Assembly: GCA_024231215.1 (NCBI GenBank)
Contig: JAAEQR010000195.1
Location: 226,246-290,245, forward strand
DNA: 64,000 bases
Direction of reading: 5' to 3'
Origin: PVC group bacterium
GTDB lineage: Bacteria > Omnitrophota > Gorgyraeia > B26-G9
Positions 37,187 to 46,389 of the stretch are shown piece by piece. The notes under the pieces were generated by a model. It was given only the letters and a program-made list of their open reading frames with translations, was not told the DNA's origin and made no database searches. A program made the position numbers and the translations under genes. How positions within the stretch are numbered: position 1 is the stretch's first letter; every line of letters starts with the position of its first letter.

Positions 37187-37313
37187 AGTGCAAAAATTTT
37201 CTTTGAGTGGCGCTTTGAGCCGCGATTTTTACAAGGATGTGAAAATAGGCGAGACGCGCGGCCGCAAGGCACGATGCCGTAGCGGGCTTAGCGCAAAGAC
37301 GTGTTTTTGCACT
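37187..37313 (+). ncRNA. copy 2 of the conserved structured intergenic element (candidate small RNA) between nifU and the acyl ligase gene
   Basis: The core is nearly identical to 19225-19353. The closing stem is AGTGCAAAAA / TTTTTGCACT, whose sequence differs from copy 1 while preserving the pairing. Confidence 0.5.
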
Positions 37314-37379
37314 ATAGTGGAAGCTGAGTGACTTATATCCCCTTGACCTCTCCTTTATATTAATGATACAGTATTATTC

Positions 37380-40103
37380 ATGACTAAAGAAAAATTATAT
37401 ACTCTGCCTGAGAAACTGCGTCAAGTTTGCGAAGAGTCTTCCGATGCAGTAGTTGCACACATAAAAGAGGGATCAGCTTATCGTGAAATTACTTATAAAG
37501 AGTTTTATGATACGGCGCAGTCAATTGCAGCTGCTTTAATTAGTAAAGATTTTAAAAAAGGGGATAGGGCGGCAATTGTTTTAGAAAATTGCCCGGAATG
37601 GGGCATGGTTTATTTTGGGATTATGCTTGCCGGCGGGGTTGCGGTTCCGGTTGATTCTCAGAGTTCATTTGATGATCTGGATTATTTTTTGAGGCATTCA
37701 AGTGCAAAAATAGTTTTTACAAATGCTAAAGCAATTCCTGTATTTACCGAACTCGCCAAAAATATTGATTCCCTGAAAAATACTGTTGTCGTCGAAGAAA
37801 TCAGATCAAATTTTATATCTAAAGGTTTTGATACACAATATGATCTGCCTCAGGTAGTCACAGATGATACAGCTTCAATTTTATATACCTCAGGTACCAC
37901 GGGCCGGCCAAAAGGGGTGATGCTTACCCACGGTAATTTCTATGCTAATTTTTTGAGTATTAAAAAATTGGGTGTTGTCTCTGACAGGGATACTGTACTT
38001 TCAATATTACCTATGCATCATGCATTTCCATTTACAGTAAGTCTGATTATTCCTCTTTTTATTCAAGGTAAAATAACGTATGTTTCCAGTCTTAAAAGTG
38101 AAGAGCTTTTGCAGGCGATGAGAGATACCGGAGTTACTGTGTTTGTCGCTGTTCCACAGCTAATGTATATGTTCTATAAACATATTTATGAGGAGATGAA
38201 AAAGCTGCCTTGGCTGTTGGGAGCTCTTATTTACATTCTTAGGGAAATATTATGGCAGGTTCGCAGGATAAGCGGAATTAATTTGAGTAAAATATTATTT
38301 TCTAAAGTGCATCATGCTTTTGGGAAAAGTTTTAGATTTTTTGCCTGCGGCGGCGCAAAGTTAAACGAAGAAGCCGGTCTTTTTCTCTCGAAAATTGGAT
38401 TTACAGTTCTTGAAGGTTATGGGCTTACCGAGACGGCTCCGATAGTTACGCTTAATTCGTTGAAAAGTCTAAAAATTGGTTCTCCGGGCATGGTAATCCC
38501 GGATGTTGAATTAAAAATATTAAGTCCTGATATAGATGGCATTGGCGGAGTGGCGATTAAAGGTCCTAATATTATGAAGGGATATTATAATAACAAAGAA
38601 GAAACATTAGTTGTTCTTAATAAGGGATGGTTTTATTCCGGAGATTTGGGGTATATCGATAAAAGAGGATATCTTCATCTTACCGGCAGAGAGAAGGAAT
38701 TAATTATTTTAAGTTCCGGGAAGAATATTTCTCCGGAAGAGGTTGAAGCTCATTATTCGGAAACGCCGTTTATTAAAGAGATATGCGTACTTGCTGTGGG
38801 AGGAAAGGAAAAGACAGAGGAAAAACTCATGGCAGTTGTTGTGCCGGATATGGATTATTATCGCCGAATTGGTGAAGTAAACATTTATGCTAAGATTAAA
38901 TGGGAGCTGGAAAATTTCTCTAAAACTTATGCTTCTTATAAAAGAATAATGGGATTTATTATTGCCAAGGAAGAGTTTTCGAGAACTCGTTTAGGTAAAC
39001 TAAAGCGTTTTGAAATTCGGGATAAATATATGGATGAACTTCTGGGCTTGGGAAAGAAGAGAGCCGAAGGAGATATTGTGCATAAGGATGCCGATCTTAA
39101 AATACTGGCATCTTCTGCCGGCAAAAAAATAATGAAAGCCTTGGAAGAAGAATTGAACTTAGATCGTCAAATTCAATTGGATGATAACTTGGAGATTGAT
39201 CTGGGACTTGATTCTTTGGGCAGGGTTGAGCATATGTCGGCTCTGGAGAAATTTCTAAATGTAAGTATCCCGGACGAGGCAATGGATAGTATTTTTACTG
39301 TGAGGGAATTAATCCTGACGATTGAAAAACTAATGTTGGAAAAAGGGATAAAGGCAGAGAGCATTCCATCTAAGAGGACAGAAGCTGCTTTATGGAGCGA
39401 TATTTTAAAAAGTGATCCTTCAGAGGATGTTGTGGGCAAGATCGATTTATCTCCTAATCGTTTAACTGAGAGTGGAATGATCGTTATTTGTAGCATTTGG
39501 AATTTATTGTTCAGAGTGATCTGGAGGCTTAAAATTAGAGGTATAGAAAATTTGTCCCGGAATGAAAGCGTTATTCTTTGTCCTAATCACGGGAGTTATC
39601 TGGATGGATTTTTAATTGCTGCGGCTATGCCGGTGTGGTTGAAAAGACAGACTTTTTTTCTCGGATATAGAGGGTATTTCGAAACACGATTCCTGAAACA
39701 TATTATAAGACATATTAAAATAATTCCGATTGATCCGGGAGCAAGATTAATGGATGCTATGCGGGCTTGTGCGTATATTTTAAAAAAAGGAAAATCCGCT
39801 TGTCTTTTTTCCGAAGGACAGAGATCTCCTGACGGGGAGGTGCAGGAATTTAAAAAAGGCATTGGTATTTTGGCAAAAGAAATGAATGTTCGGCTTGTTC
39901 CGGTATATATAGATGGATCCTATGAGTCCTGGCCCCGGACAAGTTCTATGCCTAAACCTTATCCGATTACGATACAATTTGGTCTTCCTCAGGAAGCAGC
40001 GGATCTTAAAAAACAGGGAATTAAATTAGGAGCTAAGGATGATTACCAGGCAATTGCGATGGCGATAAGAGAGCATGTTATCACATTGAAGAAAAAGGTA
40101 TAG
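37380..40103 (+). CDS. tri-domain long-chain fatty acid AMP-ligase - acyl carrier (PP-binding) domain - lysophospholipid acyltransferase (Aas-like)
   Basis: AMP-binding motifs (YTSGTTGRPKGV, GYGLTE); a carrier domain with DLGLDSLGRVE; a PlsC motif NHGSYLDGF and a downstream FSEGQRS. Confidence 0.85.
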   Translation: MTKEKLYTLPEKLRQVCEESSDAVVAHIKEGSAYREITYKEFYDTAQSIAAALISKDFKKGDRAAIVLENCPEWGMVYFGIMLAGGVAVPVDSQSSFDDLDYFLRHSSAKIVFTNAKAIPVFTELAKNIDSLKNTVVVEEIRSNFISKGFDTQYDLPQVVTDDTASILYTSGTTGRPKGVMLTHGNFYANFLSIKKLGVVSDRDTVLSILPMHHAFPFTVSLIIPLFIQGKITYVSSLKSEELLQAMRDTGVTVFVAVPQLMYMFYKHIYEEMKKLPWLLGALIYILREILWQVRRISGINLSKILFSKVHHAFGKSFRFFACGGAKLNEEAGLFLSKIGFTVLEGYGLTETAPIVTLNSLKSLKIGSPGMVIPDVELKILSPDIDGIGGVAIKGPNIMKGYYNNKEETLVVLNKGWFYSGDLGYIDKRGYLHLTGREKELIILSSGKNISPEEVEAHYSETPFIKEICVLAVGGKEKTEEKLMAVVVPDMDYYRRIGEVNIYAKIKWELENFSKTYASYKRIMGFIIAKEEFSRTRLGKLKRFEIRDKYMDELLGLGKKRAEGDIVHKDADLKILASSAGKKIMKALEEELNLDRQIQLDDNLEIDLGLDSLGRVEHMSALEKFLNVSIPDEAMDSIFTVRELILTIEKLMLEKGIKAESIPSKRTEAALWSDILKSDPSEDVVGKIDLSPNRLTESGMIVICSIWNLLFRVIWRLKIRGIENLSRNESVILCPNHGSYLDGFLIAAAMPVWLKRQTFFLGYRGYFETRFLKHIIRHIKIIPIDPGARLMDAMRACAYILKKGKSACLFSEGQRSPDGEVQEFKKGIGILAKEMNVRLVPVYIDGSYESWPRTSSMPKPYPITIQFGLPQEAADLKKQGIKLGAKDDYQAIAMAIREHVITLKKKV

Positions 40104-40113
40104 TAGATATTTT

Positions 40114-40710
40114 TTATACCTGGATGCCGACAATCTTATTAAGAGTTTTTATTTCTTTTCCCTGGATGAGTAAAGGTTCGCAAGATTCCGACATTAAAAT
40201 ACTTTGTAGGGTTATTGTTCTTTTGTTTTGAAAGTATCTTCGGAAATGATATTCTCCGTTTGCCAGGATCGCAAAAACAAAATCGCTGTTATTAATAGGT
40301 GCTTTTTCACGATAAATAATTTTTTGTCCTTTAAGAACAAATGGTGCCAGGGAATTGGTGGTAATTTTTATTGCTTTGCAGTCTTTGAAATTAATATACT
40401 CGCCTGATTCTAACGGTTTTAGTTCGAAATTATTTTCATTATTGGATGTTACTTCCCAGATCACTGGTATATTGGAAGCTCTTTTGTATTCTGCTTCTGC
40501 TTCTTTGACCGGAGGTATTCCGCCGAACAGTTCTGCTTCGGTAATATCGAAAAATTTGGCAAGTTTTTTGCGTTGTTTAGTGTTTGGTTCTTGCCTGCCT
40601 GATTCCCAATGCGATACCGTGCTTTGGTTGACTAAAAGCGCATAAGCAAGTGCTTTTTGCTGGATTTTTCTTTCTTTTCTCAGGGATTTTATCGTGTCGC
40701 GTAATTCCAT
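40114..40710 (-). CDS. XRE-family HTH repressor with a C-terminal S24 (LexA/cI-like) peptidase domain
   Basis: N-terminal HTH (QKALAYALLVNQSTVSHWESG) and a C-terminal S24-like beta domain. Confidence 0.7.
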   Translation of the reverse strand: MELRDTIKSLRKERKIQQKALAYALLVNQSTVSHWESGRQEPNTKQRKKLAKFFDITEAELFGGIPPVKEAEAEYKRASNIPVIWEVTSNNENNFELKPLESGEYINFKDCKAIKITTNSLAPFVLKGQKIIYREKAPINNSDFVFAILANGEYHFRRYFQNKRTITLQSILMSESCEPLLIQGKEIKTLNKIVGIQV

Positions 40711-40763
40711 AATTGCCTTCTATTATTAATAATAAGTAATATTAAAATTTTATTACAAAATGG

Positions 40764-40780
40764 ATTGCTTAACAAGCAAT
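40764..40780. promoter_or_regulatory. palindrome ATTGCTT-AAC-AAGCAAT upstream of the XRE/S24 repressor gene (candidate operator)
   Basis: A perfect 7-3-7 inverted repeat about 55 bp upstream of the repressor start. Confidence 0.35.
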
Positions 40781-41115
40781 ATGTTTTTACAAAAAGGCAT
40801 ATTTGGAGTTATTCGTAGATCTAATGTGCTTAAATATTACAAAATAGGATATATTTTAGTGAATAACAGGCAAATATGTATTTTTAAAAGCATTGTAATT
40901 TCAGAATGGAATGTGCTATGAAAAAACAAAATTTAAGAATTGGGAAGATATTTTAAGCTATATTAGGGTAAGGAATATTTATTGGTGGTTTTATTTTTTT
41001 AAGCGTGAAGAAACGCAGGAAAGAAAAAATACAAAATAAAAAAGAAATATAGAGAGTGTTGTAGAATAAAATTTTTTTGACAAGTCTATTATAACGTAGT
41101 ATCATAATATCTGTT

Positions 41116-41499
41116 ATGACAGATATTATTGATAAAGAAAACTATGACGGGAAAGAACGTCGCTGTTTTCCGCGAGTGAATGCATTTGTAAGTTATCAGA
41201 TATTGGATAAAGAAACTGCGGAAAAAATAAGTTGCAGCAAAAATATAAGTGCTGGAGGAATTTCCTTTTTTGCTAAGAAAAGCGTAAAGATAGACGAAGT
41301 ATTATTGTTATCTATCAGTCTGCCGGATCATACTGATTTGATTGCCAAAGGGAAAGTTATCTGGGCGGAACCGGTTTCTGTTTCATGGGATCCGGAAATC
41401 TTTTATGAGTTGGGCGTGACGTTTGTTGAGATAACAGAAGATGATCGTAAGAAAATAGCTAAATATGTGTTTTTAAGACTTGATCAGGGTTGCTCCTGA
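41116..41499 (+). CDS. PilZ domain c-di-GMP binding protein
   Basis: RxxxR (RRCFPR) and (D/N)xSxxG (NISAGGISF) motifs. A TTGACA-17-TATCAT promoter lies immediately upstream. Confidence 0.75.
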   Translation: MTDIIDKENYDGKERRCFPRVNAFVSYQILDKETAEKISCSKNISAGGISFFAKKSVKIDEVLLLSISLPDHTDLIAKGKVIWAEPVSVSWDPEIFYELGVTFVEITEDDRKKIAKYVFLRLDQGCS

Positions 41500-41522
41500 T
41501 CGCATAAGGAGGGTAGTAGATA

Positions 41523-41723
41523 ATGGCAAAAGGTAAAGTAAAATGGTTTAGTAATAAAAAAGGATACGGTTTTATTACCACTGAATCCGGGACTGATGTA
41601 TTTGTGCATCATAACTCAGTTCAAGGTGAGGGGTTCAAGACTTTGGATGAAGGTCAGGAAGTAGAATTTGAGATTGAGCAGGGTCCAAAAGGCGAACAGG
41701 CAGTAAATGTTGTAAAGCTATAA
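41523..41723 (+). CDS. cspA: cold-shock protein (CspA family)
   Basis: 66 aa; [16 protein letters not shown] and VFVHH are the RNP1 and RNP2 motifs. Confidence 0.9.
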   Translation: MAKGKVKWFSNKKGYGFITTESGTDVFVHHNSVQGEGFKTLDEGQEVEFEIEQGPKGEQAVNVVKL

Positions 41724-41844
41724 CTTAAAAAAATAAAAGCGAATCTTTATTGAGAATATGTGGTTAGTCTTATTAAAGGTTCGCTTTTTTCGTCGCTTAT
41801 GCGGCGAATTCTCCATGTTCTGTGGAGGATAATGGAACTCTCTA

Positions 41845-42807
41845 ATGTTTAAATTTGGAAATCTCTCATTATCGACACCTATAATTCTTGCCCCGATGGC
41901 CGGGATAACTTCATATCCTGTCCGAATGCTTAATCGCAGATTTGGCTGTGAGTTTGCATTTACGGAAATGGTTGATGCTAATTCATTAAATTATACCAGT
42001 CGCAAGACTATAGAAATTCTGCGTACAGGATCGGAGGATAGACCGCTAGGAATTCAACTTCTCGGGAATGATGCTGATCAGTTGCGGCAGAATATAGATA
42101 TATTACGTGATTGGGAATTTGATATCCTGGATCTTAATGCTGCGTGTCCACAGCGGAAAGTTACACGCCGGGACAAAGGAGCATGTCTTTTGAAATCTAC
42201 TCGCAGGTTAAATAAGTTGCTTAAAGTAGTTGTGAAACATTCTCATGTTCCGGTTACAGTAAAAATAAGGCTGGGCTGGGATGATCCCGAGCAGGGGCGT
42301 GATATAGCACTTTGTGCGCAGGATGCCGGAGTGTGTGCTGTGATTGTGCATGGAAGAACAAAAATTCAGATGTTTACGGGAACGGTTGATTATGCATCTT
42401 TAAAAAAGGTTAAAGATGCAGTTAATATTCCGGTTATTGCCAGTGGAGATGTTTTTTCAGCTCAGTTAGCAAAAAAGATGTTTGATGAGACCGGAGCTGA
42501 TGCAGTGGCTGTGGCGCGTGGCTCGCTGGGAAATCCCTGGATTTTTAAGGAGATAGAGACTTTTTTAAAGACTGGGAAAATTCCACTTCGACCAAGTTCC
42601 GATGAGCTGGTGCAGACGATGAAACTGCATTTTGATATGTTTAATGAATTTTATGGAGAACAGCGGAGTGTGGTTAATTTTCGTTCTTTTTTTATCTGGT
42701 ATACTCGGGGTGCGGTTGGAGTAAGGCCACTGAGGAACAGAATATCTCAGGTAAAAACAAAACAGGATATGCTTGATCTTATAGATGAATTCAGAAATAA
42801 TTTGTAG
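41845..42807 (+). CDS. dus: tRNA-dihydrouridine synthase
   Basis: Dus family TIM barrel with an FMN-binding pattern (LAPMAGIT .. DLNAACP .. catalytic Cys). The RBS GGAGGA precedes it. Confidence 0.85.
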   Translation: MFKFGNLSLSTPIILAPMAGITSYPVRMLNRRFGCEFAFTEMVDANSLNYTSRKTIEILRTGSEDRPLGIQLLGNDADQLRQNIDILRDWEFDILDLNAACPQRKVTRRDKGACLLKSTRRLNKLLKVVVKHSHVPVTVKIRLGWDDPEQGRDIALCAQDAGVCAVIVHGRTKIQMFTGTVDYASLKKVKDAVNIPVIASGDVFSAQLAKKMFDETGADAVAVARGSLGNPWIFKEIETFLKTGKIPLRPSSDELVQTMKLHFDMFNEFYGEQRSVVNFRSFFIWYTRGAVGVRPLRNRISQVKTKQDMLDLIDEFRNNL

Positions 42808-43039
42808 GGGTGGCCCTTGCGCCCGCCCGTAACCATTTAATCTTGACCGGAATTCCAGATAGTGATAAATTGTTCTTTAGTCGTAGGTATAATTTTATAT
42901 AAAGTCCGGGTGCAAAAATAATGGGGTAAATCTTCTTTGAACATTGACCCCATAGCACCGCGGACATAATTCACAGACGTACTAATGGCCTATAATTTAC
43001 ATGAATGTAAATTATCTGTTCATTAAGGGGGAGTTGTAT

Positions 43040-45514
43040 ATGGCCAGACAATTAAAAAGTAAAGTTGGCAGTAAGTGGGTTACAATCCATAAAGATATGA
43101 CCAAAGAGGGTATCCAGACATCTTTTCAAAATAACCGGGTCTGTACGCTTGGCAAAGATCAATATACCTCAACGCAGTATGACAATTTCCTATCTATGGC
43201 GATTGCTATCCGGGATCGAATCATGGAGCGGTGGATACTTACTCAGCAGAAATACCATAAGGAAAATCGCAAACGGGTTTATTACCTTTCTCTTGAATTC
43301 CTGATCGGTCGTTTGATGGGCAATAATATGATTAATCTTGGCTTAATTGAAGAAGCGACAAAGGCTATGCAAGAGATGGGATTTGATATCGAAGAGATCA
43401 GAGATCAAGAGCATGATGCGGGGTTGGGTAATGGTGGCTTAGGCAGGCTTGCGGCATGTTTTCTTGATTCTATGGCTACACTTGGAATTCCGGCACATGG
43501 TTATGGGATAAGATATGATTATGGTATTTTTAAACAGAAGATTATTAACGGTCATCAGGTGGAGCAACCGGATGAGTGGCTGAGGCATGGTAATCCTTGG
43601 GAGATCGCGCGGCCGGAGTATACCGTAGAAATAAAATTATACGGGCGTACTCAGATGTACCATGACTATAAAGGAAAACTTTGTGTTAGATGGTCGGACA
43701 CACAAAATGTACAAGCAGTACCATATGATATGCCTATTCCCGGGTATGGAAATGATATTGTGAATACACTTCGTCTTTGGTCGGCAAGAAGCACCGAAGA
43801 ATTTGACTTTGAATATTTCAATGATGGCGATTATGAAAAGGCGGTATATTCAAAGATGTTTTCGGAGAATATTTCCAAGGTTCTTTATCCTAACGATAAT
43901 TCCAGCCAGGGGCGGGAGCTTAGACTAAAGCAGGAGTATTTTTTTACAGCAGCTTCCATTGCCGATATCATTCGTAGATTTAAAGAAGAGAATCTGTATT
44001 TAAAAAATTTACCGGATAAGGTGACAATCCAGCTTAATGATACACATCCTGCTTTGGCTATTCCTGAACTTATGCGGATTCTTATAGATAAAGAACATAT
44101 GGATTGGGATGATGCTTGGGATATCGTTGTGCAGTGTTTTGCCTATACAAATCATACGGTTATGCCGGAAGCCTTGGAATGCTGGTCTGTAGCGCTTTTT
44201 GGAAAAGTTCTGCCGCGGCATTTGCAGATAATTTATGAGATTAACGCGCGTTTTTTGCGTGAGGTGGCAAATGAATTTCCCGGGGATACTGATCGGCTTA
44301 CAAGAATGTCTATTATAGAGGAAGGAACGCCTAAAAGGATACGCATGGCGTTTTTGTCTATAGTGGGTAGTCATTCTCTCAACGGAGTTTCCGAGTTGCA
44401 TTCAGAGCTTTTAAAGACACAGTTATTTAAAGATTTTTATGAGTTTTGTCCGGAGAAGTTTAATAATAAGACTAATGGGATTACCCAAAGGCGATGGCTG
44501 CTCAAATCTAATTCTCGATTATCATCACTTATTAGTGAAGCGATTGGAAATAAATGGATTACGAATTTGCATGAGATGAAAAAATTGCTTCCATTAAAAG
44601 ATGATCGCTCTTTTAGAAATAAATGGAGGAGTATAAAGGCAGCAAATAAAGAGCAGTTTGCAGAGTATATTTATAAAACTAATGGCGTAATTATAAATCC
44701 TCATTCTATATTTGATGTGCAGATCAAGAGAATTCATGAATATAAACGCCAGCTTCTTTTTGGGCTTTATATTATTGCACAGTATTTGAAGCTAAAAAGG
44801 GATCCTAAAAGCGTGGATGTACCGCGTACTTGTATTTTTGGAGGTAAAGCTGCGCCGGGATATTATATGGCGAAACTGACCATTAAATTTATTAATAATA
44901 TTGCTAACGTTATTAATCGTGATAAATCGATTAAGGATAAATTACGTGTGGTGTTCTTGGAAAATTACCGGGTATCTTTGGCGGAAAAGATTTTTCCGGC
45001 TAGCGATCTCTCTGAACAGATATCTACAGCGGGTACGGAAGCTTCTGGTACCGGATGTATGAAATTCATGGTAAACGGAGCATTAACGATCGGAACTTTA
45101 GACGGAGCAAATATTGAGATGGCTAGGGAAGTAGGTAAAGAGAATATGTTCATCTTTGGATTGCAGGCAAAGCAGGTAGAACAGTTAAAGATTGAAGGGT
45201 ATAGCCCGTGTGACTATATAGAGAAAGCTCCGATGCTAAAGGAAATAATACATCTGATTCAAAGTAATTTCTTTTCTCCGGTTGAACAAGGTATTTTTGA
45301 ACCGATTGTGCGTAATTTGTTAGATATAGACCCATTTTTTGTCTGTGCTGATTTTGATTCTTATTGTGCTATGCAGGATCAAGTATCGTCGGTATATAGA
45401 AATACCGAAGAATGGACAAAGCGGTCTATTATTAATGTGGCTAAATCCGGAAAGTTTTCCAGTGACAGAACAATTCACCAGTATGCGCAGGAGATCTGGG
45501 GGCTTGATCTGTAA
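43040..45514 (+). CDS. glgP: glycogen/alpha-glucan phosphorylase
   Basis: GT35 family pattern with the PLP-binding EASGTGCMKFMVNGALTIGTLDGANIE region. The RBS AAGGGGGAG precedes the ATG at 43040. Confidence 0.9.
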   Translation: MARQLKSKVGSKWVTIHKDMTKEGIQTSFQNNRVCTLGKDQYTSTQYDNFLSMAIAIRDRIMERWILTQQKYHKENRKRVYYLSLEFLIGRLMGNNMINLGLIEEATKAMQEMGFDIEEIRDQEHDAGLGNGGLGRLAACFLDSMATLGIPAHGYGIRYDYGIFKQKIINGHQVEQPDEWLRHGNPWEIARPEYTVEIKLYGRTQMYHDYKGKLCVRWSDTQNVQAVPYDMPIPGYGNDIVNTLRLWSARSTEEFDFEYFNDGDYEKAVYSKMFSENISKVLYPNDNSSQGRELRLKQEYFFTAASIADIIRRFKEENLYLKNLPDKVTIQLNDTHPALAIPELMRILIDKEHMDWDDAWDIVVQCFAYTNHTVMPEALECWSVALFGKVLPRHLQIIYEINARFLREVANEFPGDTDRLTRMSIIEEGTPKRIRMAFLSIVGSHSLNGVSELHSELLKTQLFKDFYEFCPEKFNNKTNGITQRRWLLKSNSRLSSLISEAIGNKWITNLHEMKKLLPLKDDRSFRNKWRSIKAANKEQFAEYIYKTNGVIINPHSIFDVQIKRIHEYKRQLLFGLYIIAQYLKLKRDPKSVDVPRTCIFGGKAAPGYYMAKLTIKFINNIANVINRDKSIKDKLRVVFLENYRVSLAEKIFPASDLSEQISTAGTEASGTGCMKFMVNGALTIGTLDGANIEMAREVGKENMFIFGLQAKQVEQLKIEGYSPCDYIEKAPMLKEIIHLIQSNFFSPVEQGIFEPIVRNLLDIDPFFVCADFDSYCAMQDQVSSVYRNTEEWTKRSIINVAKSGKFSSDRTIHQYAQEIWGLDL

Positions 45515-45618
45515 GGATTGTCGGAGTGCTAAATTTGTTTGACAAAACAGGAAAAAGGTGTATACTAAATTTGTTGGTTTTTTTGTTGGTGTAACACTGT
45601 AACAGAAAGGTTGTCGGT

Positions 45619-45819
45619 ATGCCGAAGGGAAAAGTAAAGTGGTTTAGTAATAAAAAGGGATATGGGTTCATCACTGCTGATTCAGGCACTGATGTATTTG
45701 TGCATCACAGCACAATCCAGGGAGATGGGTTTAAAACTTTGGATGAAGGTCAGGAAGTAGAATTTGAGGTTGAGCAGGGTCCGAAGGGTGATCAAGCTAG
45801 AAATGTAGTAAAACTCTAA
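45619..45819 (+). CDS. cspA: cold-shock protein (CspA family), paralog of 41523-41723
   Basis: About 85% identical to the other copy. A TTGACA-17-TATACT promoter lies upstream. Confidence 0.9.
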   Translation: MPKGKVKWFSNKKGYGFITADSGTDVFVHHSTIQGDGFKTLDEGQEVEFEVEQGPKGDQARNVVKL

Positions 45820-45836
45820 ACCAAAAGCTCTAAAAA

Positions 45837-45865
45837 CCCGGCTCTAAAAAGCCGGGTTTTTTTTT
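45837..45865 (+). terminator. rho-independent terminator after csp
   Basis: CCCGGCT-CTAAAAA-GCCGGG followed by T9. Confidence 0.8.
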
Positions 45866-45972
45866 AATCGGAGCGCAGAAATTATTGAATTGAATGACAA
45901 TATTTAATAAATGCGCGATGATTATCCGCCGATGCTTTGTGGCGGATAGTACAGAATCATTTGGAGAGAATC

Positions 45973-46386
45973 ATGATGTCAAAATTAGTCCGGTTCGGAG
46001 TTTCATTAGAGCAGGAATTGTTGACGAAATTCGATCGTCTTATCAAAGCAAGGAATTATACCAACCGTTCAGAAGCAATCCGTGATTTAATCCGTGAAGA
46101 ATTAGTGGAAAGAGAGTGGCAGACATCGGGTGAGATTGCCGGCGCAATTACTATCGTGTATGATCATCACTGCCGGGATCTAGGAAATAAACTTACGGAT
46201 ATCCAGCATGACTTTCTCAATATAATAATTTCTACGCAACACTTACATCTTGATCATCACAATTGTTTAGAGATATTAGCGATAAAAGGTAGTGCTAAAA
46301 AGGCACAGAAATTAGCGAACATTTTACAGTCGGTCAAGGGAGTAAAGCATGCGACCCTGAGCATGACCGGAACAGGAAAGATATAA
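45973..46386 (+). CDS. nikR: nickel-responsive regulator NikR
   Basis: N-terminal ribbon-helix-helix (RFGVSLEQELLTKFDRLI) and a C-terminal nickel-binding ACT-like domain with conserved His/Cys. An RBS, GGAGAG, precedes the ATG at 45973. Confidence 0.85.
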   Translation: MMSKLVRFGVSLEQELLTKFDRLIKARNYTNRSEAIRDLIREELVEREWQTSGEIAGAITIVYDHHCRDLGNKLTDIQHDFLNIIISTQHLHLDHHNCLEILAIKGSAKKAQKLANILQSVKGVKHATLSMTGTGKI

Positions 46387-46389
46387 ATT

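Noticed and set aside
41730-41795. Terminator after the first csp gene (AAAGCGAA ... TTCGCTTT, T-run)
   Set aside because: The stem arms are separated by a ~40-nt loop. It is a possible but weak terminator and is not reported as a feature.
45894-46085. ORF 45894-46085 overlapping the nikR start
   Set aside because: It is in a different frame, with no RBS and no domain. The nikR frame, with RBS GGAGAG and the conserved RHH N-terminus, explains the region.
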